A stretch of 64,000 nt of DNA. Source: a bacterium. Lineage in GTDB: Bacteria > Zhuqueibacterota > Zhuqueibacteria > Residuimicrobiales > Krinioviventaceae. Positions 19,373-29,271 of the stretch are shown piece after piece; the stretch's first letter is position 1, and every line of letters begins with the position of its first letter. The stretch lies in contig CAXXFV010000005.1 of assembly GCA_963674595.2 (NCBI GenBank), forward strand, positions 10,500 through 74,499, written 5' to 3'. Made by a program: the position numbers and the translations under genes. The notes under the pieces are model-generated. The model saw nothing but the letters and a program-made list of their open reading frames with translations. It was not told the DNA's origin and ran no database searches.

Positions 19373-20246
19373 TATCCGTCTCCTTTTTCTCTTGTTGAAC
19401 CTGCTGCATTCTCTCTTTTAACTTTTGCAGGAAAAAGTTTTGTTTTTTCTTGTCTATTTTTTGGGCTGTTGTCACACCCATATCCTCAAGCATTTTTAAA
19501 TAAATGGTGTGCGTTCCTGTCTGTTTAAAAAGCCACTCTTTGGCATTTTTACATTTGTCCTCAAAGGACGGTTCAGTTTTTGATTTTTGATCAAGTTGAT
19601 TGTTATTAACAGAATCACCGTGCGTGTTATTGTTTGAAATCTCATAGGGCCAGCCATATTGAGGATAGTCTTTGCGCCGCCACAACAAAACTTTATTATT
19701 ATCTCTTTTATCTGTATACCATTCACTAATAGCAAAGTCTTGTTTCCATTCCATGATAAAATTGGGAGACCACAGTTCTGTAGCAATTCCCAAATCTTTA
19801 CAACATCGGGTCAGACAATCTGTTTTGGCTCCTTCAACAGCACTGGCATAGGTCATGGACTTGTTGTTCGGATGGTATTTCTGTTCTCCGACAGCTTCAG
19901 ATATAAACTGTCCAAGAACAAATAAAACCCCGTGATAACAGACCAGATTGATGTTTTTGTCATAAAAAATATTTCGACTATACAAGGCCCATCCACCAGC
20001 ATGAAAAGCTTCAATTAATCTTTTACGATAAAAAACACCCGGTAAATAAATAATGCCATCGGGCCGGATGGCAACATCGTTTTTATCTATTTCAGCAGAC
20101 AACTTTCGTTGAACCTGATCTGTAACAGGATTCTCAGCAATGTTATTATACAGATCGATTTCACAATTTTCCTGAACTGTCACTTCTTTATTTTGGTCTG
20201 ACTTTATTGCCAAAGCAACTTGAGATTGATTTCCATTTCCATTCAT
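19362..20246 (-). CDS. Mgm101/Rad52-superfamily single-strand annealing protein
   Basis: IRPDGIIYLPGVFYRKRLIEAFHAGGWAL...GEQKY...AVEGAKTDCLTRCCKDLGIATELWSPNFI matches the Mgm101 core (IKPDG-IYLP...FG-GGW...EG-KS--LMRCCKDLG---ELW-P-FI). Confidence 0.85.
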   Translation of the reverse strand: MNGNGNQSQVALAIKSDQNKEVTVQENCEIDLYNNIAENPVTDQVQRKLSAEIDKNDVAIRPDGIIYLPGVFYRKRLIEAFHAGGWALYSRNIFYDKNINLVCYHGVLFVLGQFISEAVGEQKYHPNNKSMTYASAVEGAKTDCLTRCCKDLGIATELWSPNFIMEWKQDFAISEWYTDKRDNNKVLLWRRKDYPQYGWPYEISNNNTHGDSVNNNQLDQKSKTEPSFEDKCKNAKEWLFKQTGTHTIYLKMLEDMGVTTAQKIDKKKQNFFLQKLKERMQQVQQEKKETDNGK

Positions 20247-20254
20247 GATTCACC

Positions 20255-20521
20255 TCAAAAATTTAATTTATCCTGATCTGTAAATCCTATTTGCATATTC
20301 TCAATGATTTGATTCATAAGGATTTCTTTGACATCCATATTGGAATAGGCTATTTTGACAGCACCTTGTAATGCCACCATTCCAATAGAATTGTTCCCAC
20401 CAAGTATGATTTGTGCAAGAGACACAATATCATGATCAATGGTAATGTCGATGTTTAAATTCTCTATCAGCATTTTTGCTGCTGAGACTTGTCTCTCTTT
20501 TGAAGGATATTTTTTTCCCAT
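20255..20521 (-). CDS. Hypothetical phage protein
   Basis: 88-aa ORF with GGAG RBS, co-oriented in the module. Confidence 0.6.
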   Translation of the reverse strand: MGKKYPSKERQVSAAKMLIENLNIDITIDHDIVSLAQIILGGNNSIGMVALQGAVKIAYSNMDVKEILMNQIIENMQIGFTDQDKLNF

Positions 20522-20688
20522 TTCTAATCTCCAGTAATAATTGTTAAAAATATTATGGCCATGTTTTACACGTAGCCTGACATCATGCCGCTACTATGTT
20601 GCACCGATACTTTTTCCGCTTTAGGTTCTCTCCGGTGCTGAACACTAAACAAGAATTTTTATGTAATTTATCATAGCTATATTAAAAT

Positions 20689-20952
20689 TTACATCCATGT
20701 CTCAAAGAGTCCTGATGCCGGGTCATACTCTATATCAAACATCCTCTTACAATAGCTGATGGGACATTTTATAGAGTCTGTTGCTCCGGTTTGAACCTGT
20801 TCTACGATTTCAGAATCCAAATATCCATCCACAACAGTACCACAATGCGGACAAATAATATGAAAAGCTTTTGTGTCGATTTTTTCCTTTTCAGGAACAT
20901 CAAAAGGAGCCACAAATAACGGATTCGTGTCCATGTCATCATGATACATCAT
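20689..20952 (-). CDS. Small zinc-ribbon protein
   Basis: CPHC...CPISYC; likely start 20952 with GGAG RBS. Confidence 0.55.
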   Translation of the reverse strand: MMYHDDMDTNPLFVAPFDVPEKEKIDTKAFHIICPHCGTVVDGYLDSEIVEQVQTGATDSIKCPISYCKRMFDIEYDPASGLFETWM

Positions 20953-21301
20953 CAGTATCTCCGTCTCTTTGACGTTTACTGGTATGATCATACAAGTACA
21001 AATCTTCACAACCCATGATGTTTCTGGCCATACGAAGCCATCTTAAACGATTAGCTTGTCTGATTAAATTGGATATAATCCGAAAGTCTCCGGCATCTAT
21101 CGGTGTCCGGCCCCCTTTACATAAATTGTTTAATCGCCCGATTGTCATTTTCGCTTCCTGAGCAAACCATTCCCTGGTCAGTTGTTTATTCTGTGAGATA
21201 CAATCCTTGATAGCATTATCGATTTCTGATGCAATAAACCGAAACAGTTTCTCTTCTGCTGTTGAGAGTGTATCTTGTTTTTCAAATTGTCTTTCTTTCA
21301 T
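20939..21301 (-). CDS. Putative HTH regulator (Cro/CII-like position)
   Basis: LTREWFAQEAKMTIGRLNNLCKG HTH-like segment; first gene of the leftward operon divergent from the repressor. Confidence 0.5.
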   Translation of the reverse strand: MKERQFEKQDTLSTAEEKLFRFIASEIDNAIKDCISQNKQLTREWFAQEAKMTIGRLNNLCKGGRTPIDAGDFRIISNLIRQANRLRWLRMARNIMGCEDLYLYDHTSKRQRDGDTDDVS

Positions 21302-22018
21302 TTTCTACTCGCTTTTTTACGTGGTTTTATAATTGATGATTAATTTTTGCACATTCCTGCAAAAATTAATGGCACTGCCCATTGAAAAAACCATTCACCC
21401 ATATTATATTGAATTGTCAACTTTTAAAAAATGAGGTCAATTATGAAAGCAAAGAAAAGAGAACCTGTTGAATATACACTGAATTTAAGCTGTGAAATCA
21501 ACTTTGATTTATTGAGGATTATCGAAGCGGCATGTATTTTTCAGAAAGCTTTTATTTCTTTATTGTTAAAAGACAAGAATTTCACTATCTTCAAATACAA
21601 AGGCTGCTCAGGTGCTTATGTTGATATTCAACAGGCTCTTTGCAGTTCTTTTACGTCACCCTCTGGTTTGCAACGTTTGGCGACTGAACAGACCAGGGGG
21701 TTTTATTTTAATTGACCTGAAAATTCAACTTAACAAGGATCACGAATTTTCAGACGAGAGCAATTTTCCATTATAGTTAAATGCTCTATTGTTTGAATGT
21801 CGTTCTGACAGATCAATTGACTAAATGACCTCTTATTTATTATTGATTTTAAATGTTTTTTTCTTTAAAATAAAAATCAGCATAACCATATAAAAATAAA
21901 TGTGTACGGAGTCTGTTCCCGGTCCGCAGAGGGTCACCAAATTATAGGATTAAAAATTAATATATCCTATCGTACACATTGCACCATAGTTTAATTAATG
22001 TTATTATAAGTAGTTAAC

Positions 22019-22426
22019 ATGACAATGGCAAGCAAAGATTATAATAATCACATTTTTTTTGAAAATCTTTTACATCTATGCAAAGAGAAAAATTGGTCCC
22101 CAAACAGATTGGCAAAAGAAACACATGTGTCAGCTTCTTTTATTTCAAAAATTAAAAATATGGGTGCACATTCATCAAATACCCTTTTATTAAATTTGTA
22201 CAATATTTTTTCAGACGAAACCAAAATATTAAATCCGTTTTGGCTTTTTTATAATGAAGGTCCGCAATATCTCTACTTGAAAAAAGAAAATATTTTAAAA
22301 TCAGATCCTCTTCAAAACGAACCGGATCAAATTGTTCAGACTGTGAAAAAGATCCGAACCCTGCCTAAAGAAAAACAAGATTCCTTATTACAAATTATTA
22401 ATGGATTTATTACATTTAATAAATAA
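22019..22426 (+). CDS. XRE-family (CI-like) repressor without peptidase domain
   Basis: WSPNRLAKETHVSASFISKI HTH, LNPFWLFYNEG; divergent from the phage early genes. Confidence 0.75.
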   Translation: MTMASKDYNNHIFFENLLHLCKEKNWSPNRLAKETHVSASFISKIKNMGAHSSNTLLLNLYNIFSDETKILNPFWLFYNEGPQYLYLKKENILKSDPLQNEPDQIVQTVKKIRTLPKEKQDSLLQIINGFITFNK

Positions 22427-22852
22427 TTTGAAATATCCAACCAGTAAAAGAATTTTATAAAAATTTAATTATCTTATTGATTCCGTAAAAATCATGCCGG
22501 GGATAAACTGATAAATTCCTAATCGAATCAAAATACTAAATACATGTTGTATTACACATTCATCCGGATTAGGTTCACTATGGCGAATTCCAAAATTTAA
22601 TCAAATCAAATATTATAATTAGAAAATTACAAGAAATCAGGGGCATAAAGAAAGTGAAGTTTCAATCCACCTGTAACTACATTTGCTTACCCAATAAATA
22701 AATCGCTACGGTAAATCATTCTGGAGATTTGGGTCTTGTTTTTTATGGACCTGTGGGAGTTAAATTAAGGCTAGATAGAAAATTTCAGGTTAGAGTAATA
22801 AAATCTCAAGATTGCTCCAATAAAAATATAACAAGGCAATATTCGGATACAT

Positions 22853-23094
22853 ATTCCAGAGCAAAATTGCCACCAATTCCAGTGAAAACTGCCACCATGA
22901 TAAATTAAAATTGTCAAAATGTTTGGATTGTTCAGTACTAAACTTTCAGCCGAAATCACTGGCAGGCTTTATAAGAACACACAGTAAGATTCAGGCTGAT
23001 AGTAAAAATGACCTGAAATGGGGAATTGAGTTAAAAGAAGAACAATACAAGTCAAAGGTTTGAAGCCTTTAATTTAAAATTAATTTGTTAAACA
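22853..23094. repeat. Dispersed repeat R2 (80-bp core CTGCCACCATGATAAATTAAAATTGTC...TGGCAGG) within a ~240-bp duplication of 31623-31866
   Basis: Near-identical to 31623-31866. The core also occurs at ~24807, ~29041, ~31659 and ~31998. Confidence 0.85.
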
Positions 23095-23342
23095 GGGTGA
23101 AAAAACAATAAAATTTTAAAGACAGCTTAATATTATTTGTGTTAATTATGGCTTTTCTCATATTTCCCTTGAATTATTACAAGACCTGGTTTAATTGGCT
23201 TAAATAAAAACAATTGTTCTTATACTTTTACTTTTGTATAATAACAACACAGATTATACAATTATGGCACTATTCATTAAAAAACATTATGCAAAAAAAT
23301 AGATATGACGATTTAGATTTGTATACTTGAGAAAACTTTGCT

Positions 23343-24326
23343 ATGAATGAATCAAATATCAGGATATATCAGCTACAAGACGGAAAAACAGAAATTAATG
23401 TAAAGTTGGATAATGAAACTGTTTGGTTGAATTTAAATCAAATGGTTGATTTGTTTGAACGCGACAAATCAGTAATATCCAGACATATAAATAATATATT
23501 TAAAGAGAAGGAATTACTTAAAGATTCAGTTGTTGCAAAAAATGCAACAACTGCTTCAGATGGTAAAACATATCAAGTAGATTATTATAATCTTGACGTA
23601 ATTATTTCTGTTGGTTATCGGATTAAATCCAAACGGGGCACTCAATTTAGAATTTGGGCAAATAACGTTATAAAGGATTATTTAATAAAAGGATATTCAT
23701 TAAATGAGAAACGATTATCTCAACAAAATGAACTATTAAAAGAACTCCAGGAATCAGTTAAAATTCTGGGAAATGTATTGAATTACAAAATTTTGACTAA
23801 TGAAGAAAGTATTGGATTACTTGAAATAATTTCAAATTATGCATATGCATTGGATATTTTAGACCAATATGATTATCAAAAACTTGAAATAAAAGATACA
23901 TCCGGAAAAGAAACTTATCAATTAACATATAAGGAAGCAACAGAGCAAATAAAAATTGCAAAAAAAGCACATGGGAATAGTGATTTGTTTGGACATGAAA
24001 AGGATAATTCATTCAAGAGTTCAATATCAACGATTTACCAAACTTTTGAAGGAGAGGATTTATATCCCAGTATTGAGGAGAAAGCAGCTAATTTGTTGTA
24101 CTTTATCACAAAGAATCATTCATTTACCGATGGGAATAAACGGATTGCTGCATTTTTATTCCTATACTTTTTAGAAAGAAACGGAATTTTGCTGGATGAA
24201 AATGGAAATAAGAGAATAGCAGACAATACACTGGTTGCATTGACACTGATGATCGCTGTGAGCAAACCCGAGGAGAAAGAAACAATGGTAAAAGTGGTAG
24301 TAAATTTGATAAATAAGAATAATTAA
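23343..24326 (+). CDS. RhuM/Fic-DOC family protein
   Basis: RhuM N-domain (ETVWL, YNLDVIISVGYR, GTQFRIWA) plus Fic motif HSFTDGNKRIA. Confidence 0.92.
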   Translation: MNESNIRIYQLQDGKTEINVKLDNETVWLNLNQMVDLFERDKSVISRHINNIFKEKELLKDSVVAKNATTASDGKTYQVDYYNLDVIISVGYRIKSKRGTQFRIWANNVIKDYLIKGYSLNEKRLSQQNELLKELQESVKILGNVLNYKILTNEESIGLLEIISNYAYALDILDQYDYQKLEIKDTSGKETYQLTYKEATEQIKIAKKAHGNSDLFGHEKDNSFKSSISTIYQTFEGEDLYPSIEEKAANLLYFITKNHSFTDGNKRIAAFLFLYFLERNGILLDENGNKRIADNTLVALTLMIAVSKPEEKETMVKVVVNLINKNN

Positions 24327-24381
24327 TACGTGGCAAAATGCGGTCATAAAATATTTCGTAGAAAGTGGAGTAATAATTTTT

Positions 24382-24729
24382 TGTCAGGGGATACATCAAA
24401 GTGTACCACCTTTAAACCGGAAAAATAATAGATTCTTCCGTATAAAAACAGGAGGATCTGTAAATGGCGAACAGGTTAAAGATGGTGCAAAAAGTCCTTT
24501 TTTTACAAAACTGGTCTATTCGTAAGATCAATATAGTAAAAGAGATACGCCAAAAAACATTACAACATATTGAGATGAGTGGCAACATCTTCAAAAGGAA
24601 GCGTCTCAATCAGGTAAAAAAGCTTCTGCACTAAAGCCGCCTACAAAAAAAGGCACTTGTCATCTAAGTGTACCACCCAGACGAAAAAGTGCCCACCGAT
24701 AAAGTAGCACACTTTCAAGTACCCCTGTC
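24382..24729 (+). mobile_element. Decayed IS21-family element with istA 5' fragment
   Basis: Left end TGTCAGGGG...AAAGTGTACCACC; GGAGG RBS then MANRLKMVQK...NWSIRKI (IstA-like N-terminal HTH); degenerate right end matching the 13520 element. Confidence 0.65.
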
Positions 24730-24806
24730 TTGTGCATAATTATTATAAAATTGCAATGAATGGAGATTCCATGAGAAAAATTTTCTGTAAACATTCCAGC
24801 TCAAAA

Positions 24807-24885
24807 CTGACACTATGATAAATTAAAATTGTCAAAATGTTTGGATTGCCCAGTACTAAACTTTCAGCCAAAATCAGTGGCAAGT
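24807..24885. repeat. Repeat R2 core copy
   Basis: ATGATAAATTAAAATTGTCAAAATGTTTGGATTGCCCAGTACTAAACTTTCAGCC, as in the other copies. Confidence 0.85.
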
Positions 24886-25549
24886 TTTATCAGAATATGC
24901 ACATTGAACAAAATGTCCCTGAAATGCAACATTTTTTCGCACCATTTCATGATCAGTTATTATATGACAATATCAGCTTAAATTATTTACATGATTTAAC
25001 ATATTAAATAGTCTAATGTTATCATTATGTGAAAGTCGTCCTGCCACTGAATATGGATTTTTTTAAATTTGTATTACAGGCATAAATATTGCAAAAACTA
25101 TAAAAAAAGGGGATAAATAATTACGTGGAAAGTATTGACTGCTTTTCTTTATATAACTGATTTGCCGGAGTTGACTCTAACTTGTTAAATCAGTTACAAG
25201 CAATTATCATTTATTCGAGTTCATACCTATCACTGCCGGAACAAGGAGCGGATTGCTTTATTTCTATCCACTATCAGGATTGTTCTTTAATGGCGTGAAA
25301 AGTTGCTTTGTTTATATCGATTATTGAATGGAAACTAAAAAGAAACGGCTTCTGAAACATAAAAAGCATAACGTCTCTGAGAAGAAAATTCCTTCATTCA
25401 TTATTTTGAAATTAATTTTTAGGTTCTAGTTTAATTAGAATGATTTCTTGTTTAAAATCATAAATAGAGCCTCTGAAAAATTGAAAGATATTTAAATAAT
25501 TATGATATCTTTATCGACTAATTTTTTTGAATTAATTTAGAATGTTAAT

Positions 25550-25774
25550 ATGGCTACTATCGAGTTTGATTTAAAAGGCAAAATTTGTCCATTTGTTGTT
25601 ATGCATATCATAAAAAAAATCAGCACAATGGAAATTGGTGATGTTTTTAAATTTCAGGTCTGTGATCCATTGGCAATAAAATCCATACCTGAAGAGCTTG
25701 AAGACTATGTTGATTTAAATGTAGAAATTGAAACTATAAATAGTGGCTGGACAATAATTATTGCCAGATATTAA
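25550..25774 (+). CDS. TusA/YeeD-family sulfur carrier
   Basis: DLKGKICP motif, DPLA-x-x-SIP, 74 aa. Confidence 0.88.
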   Translation: MATIEFDLKGKICPFVVMHIIKKISTMEIGDVFKFQVCDPLAIKSIPEELEDYVDLNVEIETINSGWTIIIARY

Positions 25775-25784
25775 GGAGAGCGAG

Positions 25785-26213
25785 ATGTCATTTATTAATT
25801 TCTTTAAAAAACCAACAGCCATAATAGTATTTTTCGCGTTATTAAATATTATCATGTATATGACTATAAAAAAATTCTGGATTGGAGGTAGCAGTTTTCT
25901 TCCGATGATTGGAAAGTTTGGACCTGATAATAAATTTGTATTTTCACTTTTTGTAAATCTGGGCGTCATTTTCGGTGCTTTTTTAGGAGCCCGGTTTAAC
26001 GGTGAGTTTCGCATTCGAATCCCCAATAAAATAAATGTGTTAAAAGCAATCACAGGAGGAATACTTATCGGTATTGGTATAACATTGGCACCTGGGACAT
26101 GTACAACAGCTTTTGTAACAGGAATTCCTATGCTTTCTATCTCTTCTTTTCTTTCAGCAGCCGGTATATTTATTGGGGCTTACATTGTTTATAAAATTAT
26201 GTGGAAGGAATAA
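25785..26213 (+). CDS. YeeE/YedE thiosulfate-transporter family protein (half-size)
   Basis: LGVIFGAFLGA, GGILIGIG...APGTCT; AAGGAG RBS before ATG 25785. Confidence 0.82.
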   Translation: MSFINFFKKPTAIIVFFALLNIIMYMTIKKFWIGGSSFLPMIGKFGPDNKFVFSLFVNLGVIFGAFLGARFNGEFRIRIPNKINVLKAITGGILIGIGITLAPGTCTTAFVTGIPMLSISSFLSAAGIFIGAYIVYKIMWKE

Positions 26214-26215
26214 AA

Positions 26216-26770
26216 ATGTCATTTCCTATTTTAATTCTTGTAGGGTTTATATTCGGTATTGGGTTTGGTTTTATTGTGCAGCGAGCCGGTTTTTGTATAG
26301 CTATCGGTTTGGGTGAAGTTTTTATTGGTAGGGGCAAACGAATAATTAGGTTATTGCTTTTGATTTTTATCATATCAACCATTGGTTTTTCATTATCCCA
26401 TTATATTTCACCTGGTTTGGGAATTAAACCAATCGGCCAAATTCGTGGATATGGTTTTTACAATATTATTTCCGGTATGTTTTTTGGAGCGGGTATATTT
26501 ATAAATGGGGGGTGTATTCTTGGTACATTACGTCAAATCGGCGAAGGTGATTTGACATTTCTCATCGTTCTCTTTTCTTTCATACCGGGGATGGCTTTTG
26601 TTGTATATTTTCTTGACCCGATACTCGCTGAAGGTTATAATATCCAGCAATTGACATTATCACATTTATTTGGAGTGCCGGCTGTTTATATTTCAGTTGT
26701 TTTGGCTTTTGCGGCTTTGTTTTGGTTGTATTCCATCCGTTCACATAAAAAGAAAATTCAAAAGATTTAG
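26216..26770 (+). CDS. YeeE/YedE family protein (half-size)
   Basis: GFGFIVQRAGFC, GMFFGAG...GGCILGTL. Confidence 0.85.
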   Translation: MSFPILILVGFIFGIGFGFIVQRAGFCIAIGLGEVFIGRGKRIIRLLLLIFIISTIGFSLSHYISPGLGIKPIGQIRGYGFYNIISGMFFGAGIFINGGCILGTLRQIGEGDLTFLIVLFSFIPGMAFVVYFLDPILAEGYNIQQLTLSHLFGVPAVYISVVLAFAALFWLYSIRSHKKKIQKI

Positions 26771-26795
26771 CTTGTAGATTTATCAGTACCTGAAA

Positions 26796-28403
26796 ATGAG
26801 ATTATCTATCGTGAATTCAGAAAAACCCAAAACAGTTTCAAATATTTTTTCAGACAGACTCCATCTCGATATATTGGAGAAACGAAATGAAGCCTTTCGA
26901 TTATTGTATAATACAGTGATGGAAGTTGAAGGGGCAGATGATAATGATATTTTTCAGATCCTTTGTCGAAATCTCAGCTTAATGGCAAATGCGGAATGGA
27001 CCGCTTTGGCTTCTTTTAATGCTTATTCAAAAACGCTTACACTCGAATCAATTGTGATTAATAAAGAGAAAGATGCATCGTTTATAGAACAAAGACCACG
27101 AATCGTCAGAAAAATTAATAATGACGCCATTTTCAAATTTAAAGAAAAAACGATTTCCAAATGTCATGAGCATCGTGACTGTCTCATAAAAATATTTTCT
27201 GACAGTTCCTTAAAGCAACTGTTGAACCAGGATGATAAAGTCTGTTACCGTTTGTCATGTATAAGGGGAGGAGAACTAGTAGCCGTAGGTTTACTCCATC
27301 TAGGAAATGGAGAACGCCTTCAGTTAAAAGACATGGTTGACACATTTCTCGGTTTTTCCGGTGTAATTATTCAACGTGTCAATTCAGTAAAAGCTTTGCA
27401 GCATAGTGAAGAACGTTTTCGTTCTGTTGTGGAAACTGCCAATGATGCTGTCATTGTGGCTGACGAAAATTTTAAAATTGTTTCATGGAATTTTACAGCT
27501 AAATCTATGTTTGGATACAAAGTTAAAGAAGCAATAAATATGTCATTAAAAAAGATCATTCCTAAAACATGCTTTCATGACTATTTAAAATCCTATACTG
27601 TTAACGACAAAGTTTTTAGTGGAAGAACTATCGAAAATATTGGTGTAAAAAAGGATGGAACCCATTTTCCTATTGAACTGTCTTTAACGGAGTGGAATAC
27701 GCACGAGAATTATTTTTACACATTTATCATTCGCGATATAACTCTAAGAAAACAAACAGAACTTCAGATTGTCAATTCATTAGAGGAAAAAGAGGTCCTT
27801 TTAAAAGAAATACATCATCGTGTGAAAAACAATTTACAAATTATCTCTAGCCTGTTATATTTACAATCAAAGAATAAAGATCCATATACGGCTTGCCTTT
27901 TACAGGATAGCCAAACGAGAATAAAATCAATAGCACTAATTCATGAAATGTTATATAAATCGGAAGATTTGGCTAACATAAATTTTTGTAAATATATTCA
28001 ATGCCTTGTCGAAAATATCTTTCACTCATATTCCGACATAGCCAAACGTGTAAAAAAGAATGTAAATATTAAACCAATAAATTTGCGTATAGAAACGGCT
28101 ATTCCCTGTGGATTGATTATTAATGAGCTTGTATCAAATTCTTTAAAATATGCTTTTCCTGATGATCGTTATGGAACTATTAATATTGAGTTTAATAAAA
28201 TCAACGATACTCAGACTTCTAACAAATATAGGCTTGTTATTGCAGATGATGGAGTTGGTTTTCCGGAAAATTTTAATTTAGATGAAATAAATTCATTGGG
28301 TTTGCAGCTTGTAAAAAATCTTACTGACCAAATTGACGGCGCACTTTTGGTTGAAAATAAAAATGGGATCAGACATCAAATTGAATTTAAATTTGAGGGT
28401 TAA
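26796..28403 (+). CDS. PAS-domain sensor histidine kinase (HisKA_2 type)
   Basis: PAS (EERFRSVVETANDA...KDGTHFPIELS), LLKEIHHRVKNNLQ H-box, NELVSNSLKYAF, DDGVG. Confidence 0.93.
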   Translation: MRLSIVNSEKPKTVSNIFSDRLHLDILEKRNEAFRLLYNTVMEVEGADDNDIFQILCRNLSLMANAEWTALASFNAYSKTLTLESIVINKEKDASFIEQRPRIVRKINNDAIFKFKEKTISKCHEHRDCLIKIFSDSSLKQLLNQDDKVCYRLSCIRGGELVAVGLLHLGNGERLQLKDMVDTFLGFSGVIIQRVNSVKALQHSEERFRSVVETANDAVIVADENFKIVSWNFTAKSMFGYKVKEAINMSLKKIIPKTCFHDYLKSYTVNDKVFSGRTIENIGVKKDGTHFPIELSLTEWNTHENYFYTFIIRDITLRKQTELQIVNSLEEKEVLLKEIHHRVKNNLQIISSLLYLQSKNKDPYTACLLQDSQTRIKSIALIHEMLYKSEDLANINFCKYIQCLVENIFHSYSDIAKRVKKNVNIKPINLRIETAIPCGLIINELVSNSLKYAFPDDRYGTINIEFNKINDTQTSNKYRLVIADDGVGFPENFNLDEINSLGLQLVKNLTDQIDGALLVENKNGIRHQIEFKFEG

Positions 28404-28760
28404 TATGATTAATTACATTATTTAAATATTATGATTTAAAGATGACCATCATAAGATAAGAACAGTACCATAAACAAAATATGTCAATTTTAAAACGATA
28501 TTTGATTTTTTTACCTACACTTGACGTTAAATTTTTAAAAAATCCGATATTTTAATAAAAAGCAAAAGAACTCTGCACCATCGGCTCTTGCATTAAGGAT
28601 TTAGCTAGGTAAGCAATGAATACTTAAAACAGCCTTACCCTTGTTAAATGTGAAAAACGTAAAATTTTAAAAGCGTTTAGGAACATCAAATACTCTCCTT
28701 GTATCCCGTCAATGTATATCACCAGAACATTTCGGACACTTTTATTTTAAGAAAAAGATT

Positions 28761-28884
28761 TGCAAAGTACACAGATTTTCTATTATCACATCAAATTAAA
28801 GTCCCTACATCTTTTATATATACAAAAGCCCCACAGTATCGTAGGGCTTGATATATAATTGAATTCTCTTTATTTGATTTCAAC
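28761..28884. repeat. Repeat R3 copy 2
   Basis: AAAAGCCCCACAGTATCGTAGGGCTTG...TTGAATT. Confidence 0.65.
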
Positions 28885-28903
28885 AAAATCATTTTCACAA
28901 TAT

Positions 28904-29000
28904 TAAACTTGCTATATTTTAAAGGACATAAAGACAAGCACTTTGTATATTATAAACCAAAGGAGGTGTCCACATGACAAACAGAAGACGACGCTATACT
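28904..29000 (+). mobile_element. IS3-family left-end remnant with orfA start (MTNRRRRYT)
   Basis: TAAACTTGCTATATTTT...GGAGGTGTCCACATGACAAACAGAAGACGACGCTATACT; R-rich OrfA-like start, truncated after ~12 codons. Confidence 0.65.
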
Positions 29001-29271
29001 ACATATTCCTGACCAAAACTGCCAACAATCCGTTTGAATACTGCCACCATGATAAATTAAAATTGTCAAAATGTTTGGATTGTCCAGTACTAAACTTTCA
29101 GTTTGAATAAGTGGCAGGTTTTATCAAAATATAAATGTACTTTAGTATTTGATTATAAATAGGTTATCTCTCACAATTCAAAACTATAGCCACATAAGTA
29201 GCATAACTCCACATTTTCCTTAAAGCTTCAATTATTTGACAGACAGTATAATTCTGTTTACCCATTATGGA

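Noticed and set aside
21431-21715. 94-aa ORF as cro or a real gene
   Set aside because: No HTH or recognisable motif, and the orientation is wrong for cro. It is left unannotated, though not excluded.
25550-26770. Selenoprotein (UGA read-through) versions of TusA/YeeE
   Set aside because: The Cys motifs are encoded as Cys and no in-frame TGA was seen.
29236-29252. TTGACA...TATAAT as a sigma70 promoter for the array (also at ~32192)
   Set aside because: The spacing is only 5 bp, not 16-18.
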